Source: Camelus dromedarius
Lineage: Eukaryota
DNA length: 64,000 nucleotides
Direction of reading: 5' to 3'
Assembly: GCF_036321535.1 (NCBI RefSeq)
Contig: NC_087436.1
Coordinates: 32,304,001 to 32,368,000 of the forward strand
The notes under the pieces were generated by a model, which was not told the DNA's origin, ran no database searches, and was given only the letters and a program-made list of their open reading frames with translations. Positions 14,383 to 27,387 of this stretch are shown piece by piece (positions within the stretch are counted from its first letter, which is position 1; each line of letters opens with the position of its first letter). Both the position numbers and the translations under genes were made by a program.

Positions 14383-15038
14383 CCAGCAATCCCACTCCCA
14401 GGCATATATCCAGAGGGAATCTTAATTCAAAAAGATACATGCACCCCAATGTTCATAGCAGCACTATTTACAATAGCCAAGACATGGAAACATCTAAATG
14501 TCCATCGACAGATGACTGGATAAAGTTGTGGTATATTTATACAATGGAATACTACTCAGCCATAAAAAATAATAAAATAATGCCATTTGCAGCAACATGG
14601 ATGGACCTGGAGATTGTCATTCTAAGTGAAGCCAGAAAGAGAAAGAAAAACACCATATGATATCACTTATATGCAGAATCTAAAAAAAATGAATTTTACA
14701 AAACAGAAACAGACTCACAGACATAGAAAACAATCTTATGGTTACCAGGCGGGGAAGGGATAAATTGGGAGTTTGAGATTAACAGATACTAACTAGCACA
14801 TACTAACTAACATATATAAAATAAACAAGTTCATACTGTATAGCACAGGGAACTATATTCAATAGCATGCAGTAACTTACAGTGAAAAAGAATATGAAAA
14901 CAAATATATGTTCATATATGACTGAAGCATTATGCTGTACACCAGAAACTGACACAACATTGTACACTGACTATACTTCAAAATATATATGTGTGTGTGT
15001 GTATATATATACACACACACATAAACACACACACACAC
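14383..15038 (+). mobile_element. 5'-truncated young L1 (ORF2 end + 3'UTR) with a microsatellite tail
   Basis: ORF2 C-terminus (WYIYTMEYYSAIK...FAATWMDLE). Perfect 15-bp TSD attgtgcagttctat at 14368-14382 and 15039-15053. Confidence 0.92.
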
Positions 15039-16449
15039 ATTGTGCAGTTCTATACTACCATCTTAGTTGCCTAAAATATTCAATTGCAAATAGAAGCTGT
15101 GGTAGAACAGTGGAGAGTTAGTACTGGGGAGAGACTATAAAGTTACTACAATACTCTAAGTCTGAAAAACGTTATTCCTGTGGGCCCAGAATGGATTCCA
15201 AGAACAGAAACTGTTGCCTACAGAGTCATCAGCAAAATTAAAATTCCCATGAACCACACCATATATCAAACATCACCATGTTCCTAATCTCCAACAAAGA
15301 TTAAGATCCCTAATGAAGGCACCTATAGATTAATTACATTAAACTATATTTTCACAAGATCATTTCCAACTAAATTTTCTGAGTCTCATCCTGAAAGTTT
15401 TAAAACCTGTCAAAATGATTTTACAATCAAGTGGGGTTTTTTTTTTGTAGCTCGCTGAATAGAATGTATAATATAATCTGAGTTAAGTCTAGAAGTAGGG
15501 AGGTGAGACAGTCATTAAGATTCACTAGGGTTTTCTCTTCACTAAATTTAATGGAGATTTTGTTCTCTTCAGTTATTAATAGCAATAAGTAGATCACAGC
15601 TAGAAGAGAATGACGGCATTAAATTTAGAGCAAATTTTTAAGTGGCTTTTTCTCCAAGTGTCAAAATTTATCAAGAATGGTGAGTATTTATGTGCAAAAG
15701 TTAAAGAAATCGACACATCTCACTCTATTGCAGTTCCTCCGAAGAAATGTTAACATACATGCAATATGTGTCTCTAACAATCACCTTATATTTAACCATA
15801 TCTTTTTATCTCATTTGATCCTCAAAACCCGGCAAATGTGCTCAAAGCTTCCACTGTTAGCTTTTAATTCTAGGAAAAGTGAAGACTTGCAAGCAAATAG
15901 CTGTAACTTCTATATGAAAATTTCTATTAATTTACTACAATTTAATTAAAAAGCAAAACTAGGAGTTACTGCTTTTTGTCTTCGTTTTGTTTAGTATTTC
16001 CACTTAAAAAAAAAACAAACCTGCAGTTGCTATAACCAAAAGCAGCAAGGGCCATACTGCAATGGTCAGCATTCAAATGCAGTGGCATAATTTTATCTCC
16101 TCTAAAGGGAAAGAGACCTAACAACGTTAGACTACAATTTACTAATGCGCAAAAAACTGTCCTATTTCAATTATTTTCCACCACAATCATAACTCAAAGC
16201 GTTTTAGTAGCAACTACAGTATAGTCTCTTTTTTAGACTCGTTTTTAATATGACCGTTTAGGACTGTTTTTAAAACATTGAGATTTTCAGCTAATCAGTT
16301 ATTTCAATTTTTAAAAATCACAACTGCGCTTCCACTTCGAAGTAAATCATCTTGCTCCGACTTGCTAAGTCACCTTAAAAAAAAAAAAGCCCACAGAAGC
16401 TATTCTACAGGATGAACTGCAACACCTACCTAAAGTCAGCTTTCTCGTG

Positions 16450-18310
16450 TCACTAACACGTGGAGGCAAGACGTAATTGAGCCCGTGCCAGCCCAGCGGC
16501 TCAGCTACACTACCCGCGCGGTGCCCCCACCAGTCAAGGAGAACCCGAGGTCCCACCTCTTCCTGCTGCTCCCTTCCCAGATGTCCATTTATGTAAATAG
16601 GCAGACTGAATGACACCTTGGAACGAAATATCTCGGACTGACAGGGAAAGGAGGCCTAACCCCTCCCCCAGCCCCGCGCGAGCCCTCCGCCGCCACGCGC
16701 GTGGCCCCTGGACACACCCTCCCAGTGCCCACCGCAGAGCCGCCACAGACCTGCCTCCAGGATTTCCAGCGGGGACGGTGGCAGTGGCCCCGTCCCGGCG
16801 GGGGACAGGTGCTGGGGAGGTTTTTTGGTCCAGGGATTCTCCTTAGGGGCCAGCGGCGGCGGCTGCAGCTTTTCCTCAGGGCTGGTGGCCACCTCCTTCT
16901 CCCGGGCGTCCTCGGCCGCCGGGTCCCGCAACAGCGGTGGCGTCGGCTCCCCGCCAAAGGGGCCCCCGGGCCCGCGCGCCTTGTGCGCCAGGTGCAGCGC
17001 CAGGGGCTTCACGGGCACGGCCGCCTGGGGCACGCTGTGTCCCAGCACCGGCGCCGGCGACGGCTCTCCCCGCGCCCCCGCGCTGGTGGTGGTAGCGGCC
17101 CTTTCCTCCCTCGCCGCCTCCTTGCCCTCCCGTTCGAACGAGGGCAGCTGCTCGGCCTGCCGGCTCGCCGCGGCCGACAGCGACTCCCTCTCAGCAGCTG
17201 CCGCGGGCGGCTCCTCCCGAGAGTGAGCGGCGGGCACTGGGGCCCGAGCAGACATTGTCCCCTTGCCCCAGCCGCCCCAGCCGGGGGGGGCCCGGGGCCA
17301 GGGAGCCCGGCTGCCCGTCTCTCCGCCGGGACACCGACTGGCTCCGGTCTGAGGTGGAGAACCCAAGAGCCCAGCCACCGTCGCCGCCGCCGCGGCCGCC
17401 CGCGTCGGCTGAGGCCGTGCAGCGCCCGGCGTGCCGCCTCTCCCCGCGTCGAACAGGGCGCTAACCGCCCGCCGGCCCAGTCCGCCTCAGCGGCGCAAGC
17501 CCGGAGTCAGCCAACACGCGCCGGGCGCCGCAGCCTGGAGCCGCGAGCCCTCACCTGGCGCGGGCAGCGGCGGAGACGCAGCAAGCCGGGGCCGAAGAAC
17601 CTCTAGCCGAGTCAGGGACGCGCGCGCACCCTCAGCCGGTAACTGCTCGCGGGGGCGTAGAGGGGGCGGCCCGAGAGGCCGGAGCGGGGGCGGAGCCTCC
17701 CGGAGGAGCGTGACGTGGCTACTCACCGGCTGCCGCCCTCGCCAGGCCTCCGCCCGCAGTGGTCCACTGAAGAGCCCGCCTGGGTGCCACCCGGCTTGAG
17801 GGCCGGCCCCGCGCTAGTGGCCAGCCGAGGGGGAAGGAGGGCGAATAGGGCGATTCCCCCGCTCCCGGGCTACAGCTGCCCAGGCCGCGGGCACAGGGGC
17901 AGGGCGCGCACCCGCCTCTGTGACTCGCGGTGGGCTCGCGCCTCGCTTCGCCAGCTGCGGGCACGGGGCGGGGCGGGCTACGCACGTGGGGCCGGGGGCG
18001 GGGCGGCGGCTTTGCCCCAGGCCCTGAAGTGGAGTTGGCCTGAGGCGAGGAGGGTAATCTTGGCCACCTACCCTGGGCGGCTCCCGATTGGGCGGGGCTA
18101 CCCCGCTGGGCCATTTTCCTCCTTGAGTCCGTCGCTTATCCCGGTGAGAAAGTTTCCCCCTGGCGCTTCTGGGCACTGCAGTCACCTGTAATCTTGAGTC
18201 ACGTACAAAATGAAAACTTTCGTTTGTAAGTAACTTTAAGAAACCTTTGCCCTGGCGCTCGGTTTAGTGCACTTCCCTGCCCTTATTCTCACCCACGATC
18301 CGAAGTAATT
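16450..18310 (-). promoter_or_regulatory. CpG island / LARP1B promoter
   Basis: Very GC- and CpG-rich against an AT-rich background. GC boxes (GGGGCGGG) at ~17965-18005, E-box CACGTG 17983-17988, CCAAT (minus) 18087-18091, TGACGTGG 17711-17718. Donor-like sites at 17727 (CCG|gtgagt) and 17555 (CAG|gtgagg). Confidence 0.9.
16751..17255 (-). CDS. LARP1B: LARP1B putative coding exon 1 (long N-terminal isoform, MSARAPVPAAH...APKENPWTKK...PLEILEA)
   Basis: ATG at 17255 in context ggacaATG (A at -3). The frame is open for 505 nt to donor GCAG|gtctgt (phase 1), which joins in frame to the 59-nt exon. The PKENPWTK motif matches LARP1 PKVNPWTK. Confidence 0.75.
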
Positions 18311-19499
18311 TTAAAGTGCTCCGGAGTACAACAAATTGTTAATACTTTGCCGGCTCTTAATTTTTTTTTAATTTGTAGAGATAACACTTGTTTACAAATT
18401 AACCATATTGCAAATACTTTTTCCTGAAATGGATATATGTAAAAAGGTACCAGAAAACAGGTACAAATACTTTTAGATTTTAAAATCTCAGAAAAGCTCT
18501 GTACTTGGCACTTAAATGAGTGTTACTGGTTTCCTGTACTTGTATTTGCGAGTTAATGGTTCTGTTCGCACGTAAGGTCGCTGAAAATGGGTTCAGCTGG
18601 GTGAAACCTTTTTTCTCTGAGGGACCTCCTTCCTACCCCTCAAAAATATCTATACCTGACATTTGTGTGGACTTGCCAATGGGTCCCTCCTGGCTTCCTT
18701 TAAGGGCTGCAAAACTAGGCCGAAAATGTGTACTGGACTCCCCTCTCTTACATCTCGTTCCAATCACATTAAACTCAAGATAAATTTTTATTAATTTACT
18801 CGAAAGTACTAGGCATAAATCCTTTATTTTCCTAAGGCTAATAAACTATTCACACATTACAACAGGTAGTTAAAAGTAAGGTCTTTCTTGTTTTCTGTTG
18901 TACTAATTTCCAATTTACCTGACCCTAAGCAACCTCCCAAACCCATTTCCAATTAAAAAGGGATTATACTTCCCCCTCTAAGCATATCCCCAGAGAAGCA
19001 CCATGTCTACTAGCTCCGTTATTGGTGAAGCTTTGTGTTTTTAACTGCTATCTATCTAACTCCTCTTCCTGTTGTAGTCAACCTTTTGGAGTTTTGCCAG
19101 GTGATGCTTGACTCTCTTATAAAAGTCTGTCAAATTCACACTCAGAATACACGTTTTGCTTTACTGTCTATTTAAGCACACGTGAATTAAAGACATTCAG
19201 TTGAGAACAAGGTTATGGAGAGTGATTCCCTGAAGTTAGATTCACATGGTTACCTAATCATGGTTAGTGGTTTTGTTTGTTGCTGCTTTTTTTTTTTTAA
19301 GTGAAAAATTGTCAAGATGCTTTTTTGAAGAAACACAGGAAGACTCTCAGCAATAGGTTGTGCTTGCAAGGAGAGAAGAAGGGTAAATGTGTACTCAAAA
19401 GGTCTCCAAAGTACTCAACAGTAGATGTTTGGGTATCTTCATTGTAGTGCAGTGCCACTAATGTCAGTGAAGGGAGTTGGCTATTTGTTGTCCTTCTTT

Positions 19500-19967
19500 T
19501 AAATATATACTGATAATTCCTGCTTCTGCATAACTGCCTCTGGGGAACAGTTTCACCTATCTTCTATTTGTTTCTCCACATCCCTTCTCCACCCTTTCCT
19601 GTTCATGTGTCACAGAGGGCTGACCTGTCCAGATTACATCAATGATAATCCCTCTGCCTGCCGTCTCAGTGTATTCAGGTAGAGAGAAATATCTGCAGGA
19701 GATTCAAAGTCAGAAGATAGTGAGGTCATAGTCCTTATTCCCCAAGATGCGTTACCAAGGGTTGACTGCAGATCCCTCTCTGTACAGTTAATCTCTGATC
19801 CTTCCCTTTGCCCCTTAGGTGTAATAACCACTTGCCCTTGGGGGTACTACATTATCCCGTGTTGGTTTACTGACCCTTACCTGTACCTCTGTAAATAATT
19901 TAATAATTCTTTCCAAATTATACAGTTTGAGTTTTTCATCTGTTATCTTATGGGAACCTGACTGACC
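19500..19967 (+). mobile_element. LTR33-like ERVL LTR remnant
   Basis: 3' end cagtttgagtttttcatctgtt...acctgactgac. Confidence 0.5.
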
Positions 19968-20696
19968 TAATTTGCCATTGCTGAACCTCTATTAGATTAA
20001 GTCATTTGGCCTCTGCTCTAATTGCCAGATTTTTCCTCTACTTCTTAGTTCAAACCCAAGGAAGGAAGACTCTTAATTTTTGTAGCCCGATCACACAAAT
20101 CATTATTCATCCTACGGATTATTGGCCCTTGGGTAGGATCCCCATCTGGCCTGAAAATACAAGTTATTTAGTTCAAAATACTGCCATCAAGGCAATAGGA
20201 ATGGGAACACCAGTTATCAGGGGGAATGTGAGAGAATAAGTCCTTTAACCAGTTTTTCTTCCCTTTCCCTGTCTTAGTGAATGGCACCACCATATAACCT
20301 AGGAGTCCAGATAACCCAGGAGTCATCCTTTTACCCCCATAATCCTCACCCTCTATAATCCATTCTTTTACAAATACTTCTCAACCATCTGCCAGGCAGT
20401 GTTTTAAGCACTCACGGAAACCAGCTGGTAATGCCTTCCAAGTGTCTGTCAAGACCTGCTTTCTCCTCTGCCACCAGCATACTCCAAGCTGCTCTCATGC
20501 TTCTGTAATACTGTTACGGCCTCTTAATTGGCCAGCCTCTCTGCCTCTGCTTAGACCTTTTGATACAATTATGTGAGATAATATGTGTAAAATGCTTACC
20601 AAAGAGCTGAGCTCAATAATACTATTTTTCTTTTTAAATATGCTTAGCCAGGGTATGTAGCCTTAATTTTACTGAATTACTGAGGTTAGAAGCCTG

Positions 20697-20699
<3 letters not shown>

Positions 20700-20732
<33 letters not shown>
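20700..20732. repeat. (TG)n microsatellite
   Basis: Direct reading. Confidence 0.95.
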
Positions 20733-20735
<3 letters not shown>

Positions 20736-22354
20736 TTTTTTAATGGAAAACGAGAATCTAGAGCAGAGGTATAGGGCTCTCTTTTCAAAGAAGGGAGAAT
20801 GGTTCTCTAGGCCCTCAGAAGTTATAAGACACCTAAAGTAATTACCCTTATACAAACTTAATGATCTCATTGTTCAAATGAGCCTTTAAAAAGATAAATC
20901 TTGTTTTTCCTGTTTAGAGTATGCTAATATATCTTCAGATGATTGAACTCACTCCTCCTCCTCCCTCTGGTGTCTCAGGAGATTAAAGTCCCAAGAGAAC
21001 GTCAAGATCTTTGTTTTTATTACCAGTGCAATTTAGGTGCAGCCTGGCAAAAACCCAATGTGCAGATAGCTGTACTGCATACTAGAGAGGTTTCAAAGAA
21101 TGCATTAAATATAATCTATTTCAAAGTCCTACAGTTCAAGAAGATAAAACTGAACCCAGAGATTTTTTAACTTCCTATAAAATAACGACTTTTAAAAAGA
21201 TGGATTTTTAAACAAGGTATACTGAGCCATCATTGCCTCCAGCTGCAGGGCCTTGGGCCCTGTTTATCATAATAATAGCTATCATAATAATAATTTTAAT
21301 TATGAACCAATGTTCAGATAAGTACTAAATACTTCCAATTATCTCTAACCTTCAAGGTAGTATCAATGCTAATGTGTTTGAAAGGCTTTGCTCCTTTCCT
21401 TCAATTAATACAACTGCCATATTCAATCTTAGATATAAATGAGAACAAAAGCATCTTTAGAAAATTTTACTCTTTTAATCCTTATCTGTATCATACAAAT
21501 AGGTAAAAATATTGTGCTTGCCATGTAAGTATGGCTTCAAAACAATTTAGGCTACCTTTCAACCAGATTGTTGTTCCTAAGGAGGTAGGTTTTCATTCGC
21601 CACTTAAACAGACTAGGAACTCAAAAGTTTGTCTTGCCTAAAAACTCTGAGCCAGGAATAGCTAGGATTGATACTCAAAACTGTCTTTTTTTTTTTTTTT
21701 TTTTAACAATCGCTTGAAATAACAGAAATAATAATAATATTTAATCTTTTAAAAACATAAAGTATAAGCTCAAGGAACTATAACTTTCCTCATCCAGTTT
21801 TCGAAGAACAAGGATTTTCAAACAATAGGGTGTACAAAGGACTAATAGCCTTTCTGAACTCTTCATACTACCCAGTTGTATTTACTATTAATCTAGCTTT
21901 ATGAATATTGGCACAACATAAATGAGATCTTTAAATTCAAGTTCAAATGAACTTCAGTGGTTGACATCAGAAAAAATAAACTTTGTACAGATATTAGAGA
22001 AGAGTCTTTTTATCAGCTTCTTAATACTTACCATGGCTTATTTTAATCAATAAATATTCACTGAGAGCTTATTGTGGTCCAGTGACTGGGCTAGACCCTA
22101 GGGATATGCTGGTAAATGGGTCAGTTCAGGAACTTACACAGAGGCAGAATGCACAGTGCAGTAGCTTTCACACATCATGACCTGATATGTATAATTGAAC
22201 CAAAAGCTTCACAAACTAATACTTATCCTTACTAAGTGAGTACATTCTTATGTGGTCTATTCTGTTCCATTTTACTTAAAAAAAATCATTAAATTAATTT
22301 TATTGATCCAGGCGCATACAGATTGTAACCTACAGTTTAAAAAAAAAAAGGTCA

Positions 22355-22590
22355 GTGGTTCAGTGGTTAAACTGAAACTAGATTATCTGGGTTCAAATGT
22401 CAGCTCTGCCACTGCCTAACAGTAAAACTGAAGGTAAATTATTTAACCTCTCGTGATTTAGTTTTCCCATCTGTAAAATGTGAGTAATAATTGTACCTAT
22501 TTTGTATGGTTGCTGTGGGGATTAAAAGGGTTAGTGTATCTAAAACTCATAGAGTGATACCTGGCAAATAGTAAGGGTCAATAACTAAAA
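22355..22590 (+). mobile_element. MIR SINE
   Basis: ctgggttcaaatgtcagctctgccact...agttttcccatctgtaaaatg core. Confidence 0.8.
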
Positions 22591-22624
22591 GCTATCATCA
22601 TTACTATTATTGTTGTTGTTACTA

Positions 22625-23200
22625 GAGGAAACTGACAAAAAGCAAACAAACTCAGTAATTACAGATTGTTGATAAGCGTTATGAAGAAAACAAATCCAGG
22701 AGCTAAAATTTAAACTGAGTATTAAAGGATGAGAAGGAACAGACTGTGGGACAAGTATTCCCTTAAAATGAAAGGGGTTTGGTGTTAAGGACTGAAAGAC
22801 AATGAGTGAAGCTGGAGTGTAGCTGCCAAGGCCTTGTAAGAGGAGTGTAGCTAGCAAGTAATAAAGCATGGCTAGAGATGAGATTGGAGAGATCGCCTAA
22901 GGCAGACCTACAAGGGCTTCTAGGTGTGACAGGGTTTGAATTTTATTCTTGGAACAACAGGAAGCCACCTTAAGGTGTTAATAATTAATTGCTACCCCTA
23001 TTGTTGCCATATGGACAATGAAGGGAGGTGGGCAGTGACAAACTTCAAAATGTGAAAAAGAAGTGGAATGAGATGATGATGGTCTGGACTCAAGTAGTGG
23101 CAGCACACATGGCAATAGAGTGATTTGAGATTCCCTTTGGAAACAGGACTTGCTGATCTAATAGTTGTGGGAAGATAAATCAAGTTCTAAATTTCTAGAA
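22625..23200. mobile_element. L2 LINE remnant
   Basis: Purine-rich L2-like sequence (gatgatggtctggactcaagtagtggcag...aacaggacttgctgat). Confidence 0.6.
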
Positions 23201-23329
23201 TACTGATAGGGTATAGGATCTTTACCCCATCTTAGTATTCTTAGTATAAATTAAGTAGGAAAAATTTTAAGAATTAACTATAGAAAGTGTACCCTGAGTG
23301 TAAAATCTGAGAGCATCAAAATAAGGAAT

Positions 23330-24010
23330 AAACATATGAAAATCACGTTTAACCTCATTAGAAATCAGGGAAATGCAAATTAAAATCACAACGAGAAAGT
23401 TTCACATTACCAAAATTGTCAATGAGGATGGGGATTAATGAGAACCCTCACACGTTAGTAATATAAATTAGTGCAACCACTTTGGAAATCTGTTCCGCAG
23501 TATTGAACATGAACATATTTCTGACTCAGGGATTTTACTTCTAGGTATATGGCCCGACAGTGATTTGTGCACAAATGCACCAAAAGACATGAACTAAATG
23601 TTAATAGCAGCATTCTTTATAATAGCCCTTAACTGGAAATACCAAAATGTCCATCAGCAGTAGAATATTTCATGGCATATTTATACAATGAAATACCTTT
23701 GAAAAATGAAAAAACTGTAGCTATAAGCCACAATGTGACTATCATAGACATAATGTTAGACTGTTAAAAAAAAAGATGTGGGACACAAATCAATACACTG
23801 GTTTGTACAAAATTAAGTTTACATAAAGTTCAAAAAGAGCAAAATTAATCTACGGTGTTAAAAGTCAGGATAACATATGCAGTATATTGTATATATGTAT
23901 TTACATGCAATATAATGTATATGTGCAGTCAAACTGTAATAATTCTACCTAATAAAACTGAAAAAGGGGGAAAAAGAGTCAGGATAGTAGTTACCTTTGG
24001 GAAGGAATTA
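23330..24010 (+). mobile_element. Old L1ME-like fragment
   Basis: aatcagggaaatgcaaattaaaa...aaatgtccatcagcagtaga motifs. Confidence 0.7.
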
Positions 24011-24023
24011 AGAAAAGATGTGA

Positions 24024-24145
24024 AGAGGGGGAGTGTATAGCTCAAGTGGTAGAGCACATAGTTAGCATGTATGAGGTCTTGGATTCAATCCCCAGTATCA
24101 TCTCTAAAAAATAAAATAAATAAACCTAATTACCCCCAAACAAAC
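24024..24145 (+). mobile_element. tRNA-derived SINE (camelid Vic-1-like)
   Basis: A box (tagctcaagtgg), B box (gattcaatcc), A-rich tail. TSD aaaagatgtga at 24013-24023 and 24146-24156. Confidence 0.85.
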
Positions 24146-24938
24146 AAAAGATGTGAGGAATATGATTGATTATTCATGGTAAATGACTCAAGTGATTGCC
24201 TGTGAATACTCAGGATCAGGATCCTAACAGTTTGCTTATGTTTGAATGGTTGCTCTGTGTATATACTCAGTTTTCTCATACGTAAAACGAGGATAATAAT
24301 GGTACCTACCTTATAAAGTTGTTATGAAAATTAGAAGAGTTGCAATATGTAAAGTGTTTGATACACTGCCTAGCCCATGTGTTAAAAACCATTGAAGTGT
24401 TAGCTATTATTACTACTGGTACATACTAATAGAAAGGAGACAGTGTTTTAAGAAATTTATAAATTAAATGACTAAGGATATAACATATATTAATATATTA
24501 CTAGTATTTTCTTTGAAATGAGAGTCTGTTATCTCTTGAACTTGAACATCTCACAGTAGTGAAGGATGTATCTTTCCATCATGAAGGACACAGGCATGAA
24601 GATGCCTGCTAACTCCACTTACTCTTCATTGCTCTTGACTCTATGATGGCCAAAGCTGGCTTCCCATCAAGATTTGCCTATAGAGAAAGGATATGTAGAT
24701 CAGTAAAGACCAGAATCTAATTTAATTTAATAGGAACATTATTATTGAAAAATAATAACCTATGTTTGTTATTTAATGTATCAGTTTCTCTAAGTTCATC
24801 TAAGCAGATCTTTTATTTTTTCTCTTCATTTCCAGACATAAATGGAAATATAATAGTATAATGAACTCTCGTTTATCCATCATCCACCTTTAACAATTAA
24901 TCACATTTGGCCATTTTTGTTTCATTTATATACACCCC

Positions 24939-25450
24939 TGTATTAGTTTTCTATTGCTGCCATAACAAGTTACTAAAAATTAGTGGCTTTAAACACCACA
25001 AATTTATTATCTTATGGTTCTGTAGGTTAGAAGTCCAACATGGGTCTCACTGGGCTAAAGTCAAGGTGTTGTCAGAGCTGTGTTCTTGTATGTAGATGCC
25101 AGTTTTTTTCTAGCTTCTAGAGGTTGCCTACACATTCCTTGGCTCAGGGGTCCCTTTCTCCATGTTCAAAGCCAGCAGTTGTTGGTTGAGTCCTTCTCAC
25201 ATCACATCTCTCTGACTGTCTCTGTAATGTAGTGAAATCTCCATTTGTGCCTTTCTTCTGCCTCCCTCTTCCACTTCAAAGGACTCATATGATTAGATTG
25301 TGTATAATCTGGGATAATCTCCCCACTCAAGATCCTTAACATAATCACACCTGCAAAATCCCTTTTGCCAGATAAGGTAACAAATTCACAGTTTCCAAGG
25401 ATTAGAACATCTGAACATTTGTAGAGGATGGTTATTCTGCATACTACCAC
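24939..25450. mobile_element. MLT1-type MaLR LTR
   Basis: tgtattagttttctattgctgccataac...ttctgcatactaccac termini. Confidence 0.8.
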
Positions 25451-25714
25451 TTCCAAACACACAGGGTTGCTTTTTTCCTGCAATACTGTAAAATAAATGT
25501 CAGATAAATTTGCCTATAAGTTCTTAAGTATGTCTCTCTTAAGTATATGTCTTCTCTTCTTCATCTTCTGTCCAGTTTCTGGCTCATACTCAACCACATC
25601 ATAAAAATCACCGGGGACCTACATCTTAATAAATCCACTGGATGATTTTCAGTCTTCACCTTTCATTTATCAGAATTAAATACTCAATGATTGTTAATAA
25701 TTAACACATATATA

Positions 25715-25930
25715 CTAGTCACTAGGTGCCTCACATGTGTTAATCCTCAAAACAACCATATAAAATAGGAATGATTATTGCCTCCATTTTTAGGTGAGGA
25801 AGCTGAGACAAAGTGGATAAATGGCTTGCCTGGGATCATACTGTTAGAAAGTGCCAAGGCAAAGATTTGAACCTAAGCAATCTGGCTCCAAAGTTCTCCA
25901 TAGTTCATACTCTTAACCACTATATTACAC
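25715..25930 (-). mobile_element. MIR SINE
   Basis: cattttaggtgaggaagctgagac...gatttgaacctaagcaatctggctcca. Confidence 0.75.
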
Positions 25931-26359
25931 TATATTGCCTTTCTTTTTCCTTAAACTTGTTCAGAAATACTTTAAAAAAAAAAAGCATGTGTTGATTTGT
26001 TTTGTTTCTTAAGTCCAATTACTCTATGCATATGGTAAAACCACATGCCACAATATTGTCTATAGGATTTATAATGGAAAAAAAAATGTTCTACCTCACC
26101 AAGTCCTAGTCCCCAAAGTCACCAACTTCAACTTTTGACTTGCCGCTGTAAAACAAGGGGATTCAGCACACTTACATTAAACCCATCTGCCATTCCCCTC
26201 CCTATTTTTGATATTTGTAGGTTTTCTGTTTAAAGAACGTATTTGAGTGTTTTCTTATTGTTCCATCAGTTTTAGACAGAATCTCTTATATTCTCACTCT
26301 GTAAAATGAGAATATATCACCCTATTCCTTGTTCTAACTTCCAATTTTTGTTTTTATTT

Positions 26360-27030
26360 TAATATTTAAAGTTTCTTTATTGTGAAATATAGCATACACA
26401 GAAAAATGCCCACCAATAATTAAAACCCACAGATATACAAATGACTGGATAAAGTAAACAACCATGTAATGACTAACCAGGTCACGAGTTAGAACCCCCA
26501 TGTATCTTTTCCCATCCACAACACTTTCCTCCCCTTAAGAGGTAATCATTTCCTTGCTTTTCTTTATGGTTTATCATCTAAGTATGTATCCCGTAGGTTT
26601 GCCTAATTTTTTTTAAACATATATAAATGAAATCATACTCTTTAGTATTCTTTTGAAAATTCTTTCATTCAATATTGATTTTAAGATTCATACAAGTTGT
26701 TGAAAGTAGCTGTAGATCATTCATTTTATTGTAGTATGTGTATTCCATTATATGACTATACTACAATTTTTTATGCATTTATTGTTGACAATTACTTGGG
26801 TTGTTTTCAATTTGGGGCTATTATTATAAACATTGCTATTATGAAGTATTTCTTTTCTGGTGTGCATGTACCAATTTCTCTAGTGTATAATTTTAGAAAT
26901 AGAATTTCTGAGTCATAGGGTATACATATCTCATCTGTTGTAGATATTGCCAAACCATTTTCCAAACTCTGGTACCAATTTACACTCCCACTGGCAGTGT
27001 TGAGAGTTTGCCACATCCTGGACAATATTT
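26360..27030 (-). mobile_element. Old L1ME-like fragment
   Basis: Reverse-complement L1 3' motifs; GSVNWYQSLEN...IPYD peptide. Confidence 0.7.
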
Positions 27031-27387
27031 CTTCCTTTCACTTACATTGTCAAAAGTGACCATTTATATTCTATTGTGTAACTATAATGCACTTCTTTAT
27101 GCTTTGTTCATAGATTAGTTCTAAAATTTCTTAATTCATAAGCAGCTTTAAGTTATTTTATGAGCATGTAGATATTCCTCACTGCAGAACAATGTAGTAT
27201 GCCAGGACTGCATTTCCTTTTCTGTGGTTTCAATGTCATTATCCCCTAGAAACAAAATCAAATAGATTCATATCTTGTACTCCATCAATCTAAGATAATC
27301 AACAAATTCTCCCTACATTTTAAAGTCATATATATGTGGAGATAGATAGATAGATAGACAGACAGAACCTAAGGCAATGCCCTAGAC

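Noticed and set aside
17256..17378. GTG-initiated upstream part of the 240-aa minus ORF
   Set aside because: No homology support. The ATG at 17255 with A at -3 is the more parsimonious start.
16701..17606. 301-aa plus-strand ORF and other overlapping ORFs in the CpG island
   Set aside because: Expected stop-poor shadow ORFs of GC-rich DNA, with no recognisable motif. Only the minus frame has family homology and in-frame splicing.
24027..24100. tRNA gene
   Set aside because: tRNA-like head of a SINE with an A-rich tail and TSD.
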